Of a DNA stretch of 64,000 nt, positions 30,331-38,378 are shown one piece after another; the first letter of the stretch is position 1, and every line of letters starts with the position of its first letter. The translations under genes were made by a program, and so were the position numbers. The notes below the pieces were generated by a model. That model ran no database searches, was not told the DNA's origin, and saw nothing but the letters and a program-made list of their open reading frames with translations. Origin of the DNA: Hormoscilla sp. (lineage in GTDB: Bacteria; Cyanobacteriota; Cyanobacteriia; Cyanobacteriales; Desertifilaceae); contig JBFRWI010000135.1 in NCBI GenBank assembly GCA_051439505.1, positions 32,001 through 96,000 of the forward strand, read 5' to 3'.

Positions 30331-30366
30331 GGAGAGCCCTGTGGCAGGGTTCTCCCTGCGCATTTT
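30331..30366 (+). terminator. Hairpin, probable terminator of the small transcript
   Basis: ggagagccctg-tgg-cagggttctcc followed within 7 nt by ttttt. Confidence 0.55.
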
Positions 30367-30477
30367 TAAATAATTTTGATAGTGAAGAAGGGGAGATGCC
30401 GCTGCAACTACAAATGAGCCGCACCCGGGTGGGCATTGCCCACCTTACAGCTGACGATTGTTTGGGAAAATATTACC

Positions 30478-31626
30478 GTGAATGAAGAACAACAGCAAAT
30501 AATAGAAAAAACAGACTCTGAGAATGAAGAGCAAAAATTGACGGCAGTAACAGAAAGCAGTTATGCTGAAAAAACAGACCGGATCCGCTCTTGGGTGCAA
30601 CTGATTAAGTCTGTTACCCCGCTAATATGGGCGATCGTAATTTTAGCTGTCCTCTTTCCCCTGCTGGGTCAATTATTTATCTCTCAAGCTTTTCCTCAGC
30701 TCAGAAATGTTCCCGAAAAGACTGAGATTGTGGTTGTGGAAAAGCCTGACTGGAGTCAGGTTGATCGGGCAATAGTCGAGGCCCTGAATGAGGCCCATGC
30801 CAGTGCGGAAAATTATGCCTCGGAACAACTGGATCTCTGGATTGCGGAATTGCTCGATCGGGTGGACAATAACTTTTTAGATTGGTACTTTGGCTACTTG
30901 AACCAGAAGCAAATAGAATTGAAAAGCTTTTTCTGGCAAATATCTTCAGCTGCAGGCCATTTGCTGAACTCAGATAATCCCACTGCCAATGAAAAAGTGG
31001 TCCAAGTGATTACCTCCGATTTCCAGCGCGAATTTGCCAAACGAGTCCTGAGACCAACTATCGCTCAACTGAGACTAGAACGATTAATTCAAGCTACTGT
31101 TAACCTTTACCTGGATGAGTTGAGTGGTAAGATCGAGAAAATTCAAGGAAGTTATAACATTACCCAGGCTGACTGGGATCGATATCTCAGTGATATTGCG
31201 ATCGCGATTAATGATACTGATGGGAAGATCTCTAATCTGTCCCTGAAGGTTTTGGCCGCTGGCGGGGGTTATTTGGCACTCAAGCCTTTAGTTGTTCCGA
31301 TCGCGGCTAAAATTGGCAGTAAAGTGGTGGCGACCATGTCTGGTAAAGCGGGGGGCAAAATTGCTGCGAAAACCGGTACAGCGCTGGCGGGCAAAATCGG
31401 AGCCCAACTGCTAGACCCGATCGTCGGCATTGGCATTATCATTTGGGATGTCTGGGATTATCAGAACACTGTCAAGGTCGATCGACCGATTTTACATGAC
31501 AATATTGCCGATTATTTGCAGGAAGTTAAATATTCTTTGCTCTATAATTCGGAAAATGGGATAATGAGTGCGATCGTGCTTCTGGAGAAGGATCTTTCCA
31601 AATCACTTAGTGCGAAATCATCTTAG
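30478..31626 (+). CDS. Hypothetical membrane-anchored protein
   Basis: About 380-aa ORF, N-terminal TM, FLDWYFGY motif, Gly/Ala/Lys-rich hydrophobic hairpin near the C-terminus. Confidence 0.75.
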   Translation: MNEEQQQIIEKTDSENEEQKLTAVTESSYAEKTDRIRSWVQLIKSVTPLIWAIVILAVLFPLLGQLFISQAFPQLRNVPEKTEIVVVEKPDWSQVDRAIVEALNEAHASAENYASEQLDLWIAELLDRVDNNFLDWYFGYLNQKQIELKSFFWQISSAAGHLLNSDNPTANEKVVQVITSDFQREFAKRVLRPTIAQLRLERLIQATVNLYLDELSGKIEKIQGSYNITQADWDRYLSDIAIAINDTDGKISNLSLKVLAAGGGYLALKPLVVPIAAKIGSKVVATMSGKAGGKIAAKTGTALAGKIGAQLLDPIVGIGIIIWDVWDYQNTVKVDRPILHDNIADYLQEVKYSLLYNSENGIMSAIVLLEKDLSKSLSAKSS

Positions 31627-31671
31627 AAGGTGATTATTTGCATGAGTTGGGACAATATTCTCGCTCCCTCT

Positions 31672-32091
31672 TTAAAGAATCGTCAGATATGTTTGTGTCG
31701 GACTAATGGGTAACGGTTCTAACCTTTGGTTCTTTAAGTCCAGTTCTATTCCTAATGCTTCCAGGGGGATGACACCGAGTAATGGAGAACTCCCACCGGG
31801 GAGTTCTAAACATTCAAATGTCCCTTCTCGTGATAATAAGGAAATCTTCGCATCTTGAAATATCCTGGCTTTACCAATGCCACTTGCCGTTTCCACATCA
31901 ACTTCTTTTAACAATTCCAGTCCTAAAGATGCGATCGCCTCTTTTGGCAAGCACAACGTGGTGGCACCTGTATCCACGAGCACATTCGAGATCGTAATCG
32001 ATCGGACTTCCTCTGGGCTTATCATATCTCTTGTTGCCAGAATTTGGTCAGCACGATTCGTGACCACTAGCGTTGTTATAATTCTACCCAT
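31672..32091 (-). CDS. Clan AA (retropepsin-like) aspartic protease
   Basis: VLVDTGATTLCLP and LLGVIPLEALG motifs. Confidence 0.85.
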   Translation of the reverse strand: MGRIITTLVVTNRADQILATRDMISPEEVRSITISNVLVDTGATTLCLPKEAIASLGLELLKEVDVETASGIGKARIFQDAKISLLSREGTFECLELPGGSSPLLGVIPLEALGIELDLKNQRLEPLPISPTQTYLTIL

Positions 32092-32296
32092 TTGCGCTAT
32101 GCGGAGTTGATGACGTTTTTACTCCGACCTCCTCTAACTTGATTATAGCATAGAGATTCTGATTATGACGAATACCACTGGATCGCTTGACAGGCATTAG
32201 TTGATAGTATATCATGTCTATCAAGCGATGGGAGGATACCCGCAGCACGAGAATCCAGTTGATTTGTAACTCTGGTAGTTGACAATGGGCGATCGT

Positions 32297-32482
32297 CAAT
32301 ACTTCTCGGTTAACATCTTATTTGTCATTGCGAGGGGGGCGCACCATCCGACATTGTGGAGATCTCCGCGTAAGATCCCCCGAAGCAATCTCATGCGTTG
32401 TCGGGGAGATTGCTAGCCCTCCTGCGTCGGGCCGCTACGCTAACGGGGGGGGGATTGCTTCGTGCGGAGCAACGCTGCGCGA
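32297..32482. mobile_element. Partial MITE (family C, TIR CAATACTTCTCGGTTAA)
   Basis: First ~85 bp are near-identical to the reverse complement of 35826-35911; second TIR not found. Confidence 0.7.
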
Positions 32483-32488
32483 CTCAAT

Positions 32489-33100
32489 TCACAGAGTTAC
32501 CGTGACTATATTGCTTGGGGTTCCTTCTCCGGCTTTATTAATGGCGATTACTTGGTAAATTAACTCTTTCCCCCGGGGTTGATTGACTAGAGCGATTTCT
32601 GACTCTATAGCAGTGGCCACATCTACCGGCGCGTCTTCGGATGCGGTAATGCGACGCTGCACTTTATATGCTTTTACGGGGCCTCCTTCTTTAGGGCCTT
32701 TCCAATCTAATGCTATCCAGCCCGGTCCTTGAGAGACTATTTCCAGAGAGCGTACTTGCCCGGGAGCCCCTTGGGCACTGGGACGCGATCGCCCTCCCCA
32801 GCCCAATAGTTCCAGCTTTTCATCGCTATAATTTACGGTGTTCTCGGCATAGCGCAATACCCTTTTGAGGTTATCTGTCAGGGTTTCAAAAGCGTCATTT
32901 TTAGTGATTGTTGCCTCTTTGGCGGCGGCGGTAGCAGCGATCATCGCGTTTTGGGTGGCGATCAGGTTGTTAAGGTTAGCTGTCAACTCTTCTGTTGTCA
33001 GTGGTGGTGAGGGATAGACAGTGGTGTTAGCCGTTAATCCGCCGATTACAGCTTGAGCGAGGGCAATAACTTCTGATTCAGATCTTGGAAATTTAGCCAT
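32489..33100 (-). CDS. Fibronectin type III domain protein with N-terminal helical domain (203 aa, no signal peptide)
   Basis: APGQVRSL...IALDWKGPKEGGPVKAYKVQRR...YQVIAINKAGEGTPSN is an Fn3 signature; purine-rich RBS before ATG at 33100. Confidence 0.88.
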   Translation of the reverse strand: MAKFPRSESEVIALAQAVIGGLTANTTVYPSPPLTTEELTANLNNLIATQNAMIAATAAAKEATITKNDAFETLTDNLKRVLRYAENTVNYSDEKLELLGWGGRSRPSAQGAPGQVRSLEIVSQGPGWIALDWKGPKEGGPVKAYKVQRRITASEDAPVDVATAIESEIALVNQPRGKELIYQVIAINKAGEGTPSNIVTVTL

Positions 33101-33134
33101 TTTTGCCTCTTCCTTTACTCCCAATAGGTTTACA

Positions 33135-33365
33135 TTGGCTTTGAGTAAGCTTACTTTGGCTTTGAGTAAGCTTACTTTGGCTTTGAGTAAGCTTACTTTG
33201 GCTTTGAGTAAGCTTACTTTGGCTTTGAGTAAGCTTACTTTGGCTTTGGGTAAGCTTACTTTGGCTTTGGGTAAGCTTACTTTGGCTTTGGGTAAGCTTA
33301 CTTTGGCTTTGGGTAAGCTTACTTTGGCTTTGGGTAAGCTTACTTTGGCTTTGGGTAAGCTAGCA
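33135..33365. repeat. Tandem array, 11 x 21 bp, TTGGCTTTG(A/G)GTAAGCTTACT
   Basis: 5 A-variant units then 6 G-variant units (last degenerate); A-variant units contain the 12-bp palindrome AGTAAGCTTACT. Confidence 0.97.
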
Positions 33366-33699
33366 ATAGTTTATTGTAAGGCGTTGTCACAAGTCGTTGA
33401 TAGTCATTTGCTGCCGAGCCCTGTAGGGGCTGAGCTTAGGCGCGTCAATTGTGACATAACTTGACAGATATCCTAGCAGTGATTTTTCCCTCACGGTATG
33501 CAACGCCGGGCACTTCGCGAGGTCTCCCCGTACCAACTGACCCATGACCACACTTTTTATTGTAAGCCAACAATGGCTTATTGTCAAGCTGTCGTGCTGT
33601 TGAAATAGCTGATGACCTGAGATTCCTCGCTGCTATCCCGCACTCGGAGCGAGGAATCTAGATTGAAATCGTCAAATATGGGCGATCGCCCCCAAACCC

Positions 33700-34095
33700 C
33701 GGCGACTGGGAGATCCCATGCACGGTGGACTACATGACCTGAAGCAATGGATTGTCACAGATAACTGCCAGTTGATTGCGATGTTGGGTATGGGGCCTTG
33801 GCAAAAGGGTGTGGTCAAAAACAGTTGATCGTTCGGGCGGCCCTCCCAGTCGCCGGATCCCCCCAAACCCCCCTTAAAAAGGGGGGCTTTCGGAGCCCCC
33901 CCTTTCGGGAAGGGGGGGTTTGGGGGGGATCCTTTACAACAAATGCATGACCACACCCTTGGCAAAAGGGCCCTGGCGAGGTGGCCCAAGAGATTCAGGG
34001 TGAGTTTGATGATGTGGTGTGGCGCAGTCTTCGCTCCGGGGCCAGCACGATGGCGATCTGTTGGCAGATTTGCTCTTATTCCTCTCTGACAAGCC
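33700..34095 (+). pseudogene. NB-ARC (STAND NTPase) gene fragment interrupted by a MITE
   Basis: LKQWIVTDNCQLIAMLGMG-LGK, then the MITE, then VAQEIQGEFDDVVWRSLRS...LLADLLLFLSD, matching cyanobacterial NB-ARC-WD40 proteins; frameshifted. Confidence 0.75.
33807..33958. mobile_element. MITE family B (152 bp), TIR GGGTGTGGTCA, 9-bp TSD TTGGCAAAA
   Basis: TSD at 33798-33806 and 33959-33967; internal ccccccaaaccccc/ggggggtttggggg hairpins. Confidence 0.9.
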
Positions 34096-34317
34096 ATCGG
34101 GAGATGGGACTCTCAACCCCCCTCTCCCTGCTTTGAGCTCCCTGCTCGAAGAAGCGATGTGGGCGAAATATGTGAGTAAGGAACATGTTGATGGCGGGGG
34201 TGGGAAAGCAACTAAGAAACCCGGTTTCGCAGGAGTTACCGGGTTTCTGGGGTATCTTCGAGAGGGGCTGACGCCAGCCCAATGCTATACTCTTAGCTTG
34301 CGATCGCCAAGCCTATC

Positions 34318-34584
34318 CTAATGATATTGCTGGGAGTTGGTAAAGGCATTGAACAGACGGGCACCCAGATCCAAAAGATCTAGAGAGCGCTTGGTGCCTA
34401 ATGTTGTGTCTCCGACAATATCACCGTCAGAGTCGATCGCCAGACACTGCACGTCGCCAGTGCCCTGATAGTAGATTAGGAAACCATCAGAACATTCGGA
34501 AAATCCCAGATAATCGGCAAATGGATGGTACTCGGCCACGGCATTGCTAAACATGCGGTGCAGCATTCCTTCAGCAGCAGACAT
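34318..34584 (-). CDS. Small hypothetical protein
   Basis: 88-aa ORF with RBS ggag upstream; flanked by ~55-bp direct repeats (34187-34241, 34653-34707). Confidence 0.45.
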   Translation of the reverse strand: MSAAEGMLHRMFSNAVAEYHPFADYLGFSECSDGFLIYYQGTGDVQCLAIDSDGDIVGDTTLGTKRSLDLLDLGARLFNAFTNSQQYH

Positions 34585-34769
34585 ATCATTTTCTCCTGTC
34601 CAGATCGCTTTTCACTGATATATCTGGCGAGAGTCAGGCTTCTATGCAGCAGGTTGATAGCGGGGGTGGGAAGGTAACTAAGAAACCCGGTAAAAGATGA
34701 GTTACCGCAATACTTCTCGGTTAGCAACTTGTCATTGCGAGGGGGGCCCAAACCGACATGTCGGAATCG

Positions 34770-34895
34770 TACAATATGTCAGAGGCTTCATCCACTATAT
34801 CCACTCGTTTGCGGTCTTGACAAGCAATCACGAACTCCGATACCTCCTCGCAGAGCTTTTCGCGGATCTTGTCTGCATGGCCATTTTTGACTATG
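34770..34895 (-). pseudogene. HisE/MazG-like pyrophosphatase fragment
   Basis: Translates IVKNGHADKIREKLCEEVSEFVIACQDRKRVDIVDEASDILY (EExxE...ExxD pattern); bounded by element ends on both sides. Confidence 0.55.
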
Positions 34896-34987
34896 CATTT
34901 TAAATGCGCGACAGCTTATTTCCGCAAAATACAACAAGTGGACCGGTCATCTGGGATCTGTTCTGGCATCTGGCGACAGAGGGTAGC

Positions 34988-35253
34988 CTAAAGGTTCTGA
35001 TATACTTCATCATCATTACGCTTGCCTACCCTGAAAATTTCCACCTCACCTTCGTCAATTGTGTAAAGAATTCTAAACTCACCTTGGTCCGGTAACTCCC
35101 CTCGTAACCTTCTAATTTTTTACAATCTTGAGGCATCGGAGTTGCTTGAAGAGAAAAATTTTTTTTTGCCACCTGCTTAAACTGCTTAGGTTGTAACTTA
35201 TACAAAGTTTTCTCAGCCGCTTTTGTCAGTCTGATAGCGTAACGTTCAGTCAT
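34988..35253 (-). pseudogene. RelE/ParE toxin, frameshifted
   Basis: MTERYAIRLTKAAEK...KKLEGYEGSYR, frameshift at about 35090, then DQGEFRILYTIDEGEVEIFRVGKRNDDEVYQNL*. Confidence 0.85.
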
Positions 35254-35560
35254 TCATAATACTCTCCATCGTGAAGTCCGTGCCGTGCAACTTGTTATAA
35301 TTGGCAATTAAAGTCTCAGGGGTGACAAACTCACCATCATGTTCGGCTATAGCGCGACGCATGTTCTCTGATTCTATAGCATCTTCTAAAGCCTCAAGCC
35401 GCCGGAGTTCGGAATAGCTAACGATCGCCGCAACTGCCTGACCTTCTCGTTCTATCATAATCCGTTCCCCACTGTCACCCATCATACGGGTCAGCAGTTC
35501 GGCCAAATGGGCTTGCGCCTGCATTACATCTACTACAGTTGCCGTCGTTAACGGTTCCAT
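35246..35560 (-). CDS. Phd/YefM family antitoxin
   Basis: QAQAHLAELL...ERIMIEREGQAVAAIVSYSELRRLEALED; overlaps the toxin start. Confidence 0.85.
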   Translation of the reverse strand: MEPLTTATVVDVMQAQAHLAELLTRMMGDSGERIMIEREGQAVAAIVSYSELRRLEALEDAIESENMRRAIAEHDGEFVTPETLIANYNKLHGTDFTMESIMND

Positions 35561-35673
35561 AATTCACCTTCTCCGCAAAATACAACAAGTGGACCGGTCA
35601 TCTGGTATCTGTTCTGGCATTTCAGTCATTCATAATGCTATCCGACGATCGCCGCTTCCGCCCCAACCGGTGC

Positions 35674-35911
35674 CAATACCTCTCGGTTAAGGATATAGAT
35701 TGTCATTGCGAGGGGGGGGGACAACCGCGATCGACAAGCAGGGAAATTGAGTTAACCCCCCCGAAGCAATCTCCCCGACGACGCATGAGATTGCTAGCCC
35801 TCCTGCGTCGGGCCGCTGCGCTAACGGGGGGATCTTGCGCGGGGTTCCGAACAATGTCGTATGGTGCGCCCCCCTCGCAATGACAAATAAGATGTTAACC
35901 GATAAGTATTG
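35674..35911. mobile_element. MITE family C (238 bp), 17-bp TIR CAATACYTMTCGGTTAA, 10-bp TSD CAACCGGTGC
   Basis: TSD at 35664-35673 and 35912-35921; internal tgtcattgcgagggggg...cccccctcgcaatgaca inverted repeat. Confidence 0.9.
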
Positions 35912-36126
35912 CAACCGGTGCGGTCTGGGTATGGCATCATTTTTTCTTTCTCCCCGATTATAGCTATCCATCTACAATATGGCAAATGGCTATATCTCAA
36001 TTTTATTATTTAGCCCGCGCAGGCGGTTGCCGCGCTGCGCTCGCAATGACATTGCTTTGTTTGTGTAGCCCCACCCTTTAGGGTGAGGGCGTCGTATACA
36101 ATAGTATAAGTTTACCATCGATCGCC

Positions 36127-37512
36127 ATGGAATTCAACAGCAATCCTACATCTCTGGCCACTACCCTCAAGCAGCGGCGGCAACGACTTGCCCAACAGAT
36201 TGATTTCCCCATTATCCTCTGGTCAGGGAGTCCGAGTCCGCGCAATTTCCCCGCAAATCTTTTCCCCTTCCGCGCCAGCAGTCATTTTCTCTATTTTGCT
36301 GGGTTGCAGTTGGAGAATGCAGCCATTCGCCTAGACAATGGTAAGTTAGAACTGTTTATGGATGACCCGACCCCTGCTGACACCCTCTGGCATGAGATCC
36401 CAACCAGGTCAGACATTGCCCAAAAAATCGGGGCCGATGCTGCCTATCCGATGACAGAATTAGCATCCCATGGCTCGGGTGCCGCAACTATTGCCGTACA
36501 GGATGCTAATACTTGTCAGTCCCAAGCCCAGATTTTAAGCCGTCCGGTAACATCCGTTCCCGAAGGAATTGACCTGTCCTTAGCTAAGGCAATTGTCTCT
36601 CTCCGATTGTATCACGATGGGGCGGCTTTGTCCGAGTTGCGGCAAGGAGTTGCCGTGACAGTCAAAGCCCATCAGGCGGGGATGACCGCCACAATGCATG
36701 CTGACTCGGAAGCCAAAGTCCGGGGCGCGATCGAGGCTGTTTTTCTGGCGCACAATATGAGTCCTGCTTATGGCAGTATCGTCACGGTACATGGGGAAGT
36801 TTTGCACAACTTCAAGTATCACCATGCCCTACAGCGGCAAGATTTACTATTAGTAGATGCGGGAGCCGAAACCGCCAATGGTTGGGCCTCCGACGTAACC
36901 CGCACCTGGCCCGTGAAGGGCAAGTTTTCCCCCACCCAGCGGGACTTATACGATCTGGTTTTGACAGCCCATGATGCTTGTATTGCCGAGGTCCGCCCCG
37001 ATGTCGAGTATCGGGATATTCATTTACTAGCCGCCTCAGTAATGGCCTCCGGTTTAGTAGATTTAGGCATCTTAAAAGGTCACCCCGCAGACTTGGTAGA
37101 AATGGATGCCCACGCCCTGTTCTTCCCCCACGGAGTCGGTCATATTCTGGGGCTGGATGTCCACGATATGGAAGATTTGGGTGATTTGGCCGGCTATGCT
37201 GAAGGTCGCCAAAGAAGCGATCGCTTTGGTTTGGGCTTCCTGCGCCTCGATCGCCCTTTAAAACCAGGTATGGTAGTGACAATAGAGCCAGGATTTTATC
37301 AAGTACCCGCTATTTTGCAGGATGCCGATAACCGGGCAAAATATCAGGAAGTGGTAAATTGGGATCGGCTAGCAAAGTTTGCTGATGTCCGGGGGATCAG
37401 AATAGAAGATGATGTCTTGGTCACGGAATCTGGCAATGAAGTGTTAACATCTGCTTTGCCCACATCCCCCGATCAAATAGAAGAATTGGTAGAAGAAGGA
37501 GGTGGTTTCTAA
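36127..37512 (+). CDS. pepP: Xaa-Pro aminopeptidase (M24B)
   Basis: VDAGAE, SDVTRT, HGVGHILGLDVHD, TIEPGFY, GIRIEDDVLVT. Confidence 0.95.
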   Translation: MEFNSNPTSLATTLKQRRQRLAQQIDFPIILWSGSPSPRNFPANLFPFRASSHFLYFAGLQLENAAIRLDNGKLELFMDDPTPADTLWHEIPTRSDIAQKIGADAAYPMTELASHGSGAATIAVQDANTCQSQAQILSRPVTSVPEGIDLSLAKAIVSLRLYHDGAALSELRQGVAVTVKAHQAGMTATMHADSEAKVRGAIEAVFLAHNMSPAYGSIVTVHGEVLHNFKYHHALQRQDLLLVDAGAETANGWASDVTRTWPVKGKFSPTQRDLYDLVLTAHDACIAEVRPDVEYRDIHLLAASVMASGLVDLGILKGHPADLVEMDAHALFFPHGVGHILGLDVHDMEDLGDLAGYAEGRQRSDRFGLGFLRLDRPLKPGMVVTIEPGFYQVPAILQDADNRAKYQEVVNWDRLAKFADVRGIRIEDDVLVTESGNEVLTSALPTSPDQIEELVEEGGGF

Positions 37513-37571
37513 GTCTCCTGGCCCGCCGTGGGTTTGAACCCCCGGCGGGCTAACAACGAAGCGAGAAAATT

Positions 37572-38135
37572 CTATTTACCCAATATTTCATCAACAGCAA
37601 ACACCACATCCGGAAAAGCTTGAATAGTCACGGTGTCCCCAAACTCTAGCTTCTGCACATTCTGGTATCCGTTAACAGAAGGTTCGCGATAAACCTCAAG
37701 ACATTGTTCGTTGACATTCACCAGCCAGACTTCCGGAATGTTATCTTCAGCATAGAGTGGGATTTTAACCTCCCGGTCTTTTCTAACAGTCGTATCTGCT
37801 ACTTCTACTAACAAAAATACATCCTCTGGCCGAGGATGTCCTCCTTTATAAAAATCTGTTCGTCGTCGCAGCAATGCTAGATCTGGTTGCAGTTCGGATG
37901 TCTCGTCTAATTCTACAGGATTTTGGACTCTAACCGTTACCCTTGGAACTAAATGCAGAATAAATAATTCACTAAGACGGTTTACATAACCAGCATGTAA
38001 TGGACTAATAGGCGACCTGTGGACAATTTCGCCTCGGATAAGTTCTACCCGATCGCACTCTTTCAAGATCCCCGCTGCTATCATTTTGTAGTATTCTTCT
38101 ACCGTAAACAACCGCTTGACTAATGCTACAGACAT
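37572..38135 (-). CDS. Uma2 family endonuclease
   Basis: LFTVEEYYKM...VELIRGEI...QPDLALL...LLVEVADTT...DREVKIPLYA...EVWLVN. Confidence 0.92.
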   Translation of the reverse strand: MSVALVKRLFTVEEYYKMIAAGILKECDRVELIRGEIVHRSPISPLHAGYVNRLSELFILHLVPRVTVRVQNPVELDETSELQPDLALLRRRTDFYKGGHPRPEDVFLLVEVADTTVRKDREVKIPLYAEDNIPEVWLVNVNEQCLEVYREPSVNGYQNVQKLEFGDTVTIQAFPDVVFAVDEILGK

Positions 38136-38228
38136 TATCACCTCCAGAATAGCATTTTAATTTAAAATAAAAACTTAACAGACTAACCTAAAGTTGCTTT
38201 TATTTGTCGCAACTTTTTATAAAATGCT

Positions 38229-38286
38229 ATTAGTCGGTTTTAACCGACTTTAGCTATTAGCCGGGGGTTTGAACCCCCGGCGGGCT
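38229..38286. repeat. 58-bp double-hairpin element; identical inverted copy at 61621-61678
   Basis: attagtcggttttaaccgactttagctattagccgggggtttgaacccccggcgggct; partial copy at about 37520-37551. Confidence 0.85.
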
Positions 38287-38309
38287 AACAACGAAGCGAG
38301 AAAATTATA

Positions 38310-38360
38310 TTAACCCAAGATTTCATCCGTAAACAATCGAATTGGCAATTCTACTGACAT
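38310..38360 (-). pseudogene. Internally deleted Uma2 paralog (16-aa mini-ORF MSVELPIRLFTDEILG)
   Basis: Same RBS (ggaggtga), N-terminus, C-terminus and 41-bp downstream flank as the adjacent Uma2 gene. Confidence 0.8.
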
Positions 38361-38378
38361 CATCACCTCCCGAAAATT

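Noticed and set aside
33672..34321. ORF-track entries 33672..34097, 34019..34321 and 34076..34282
   Set aside because: They are read-throughs of MITE and pseudogene sequence, not independent genes.
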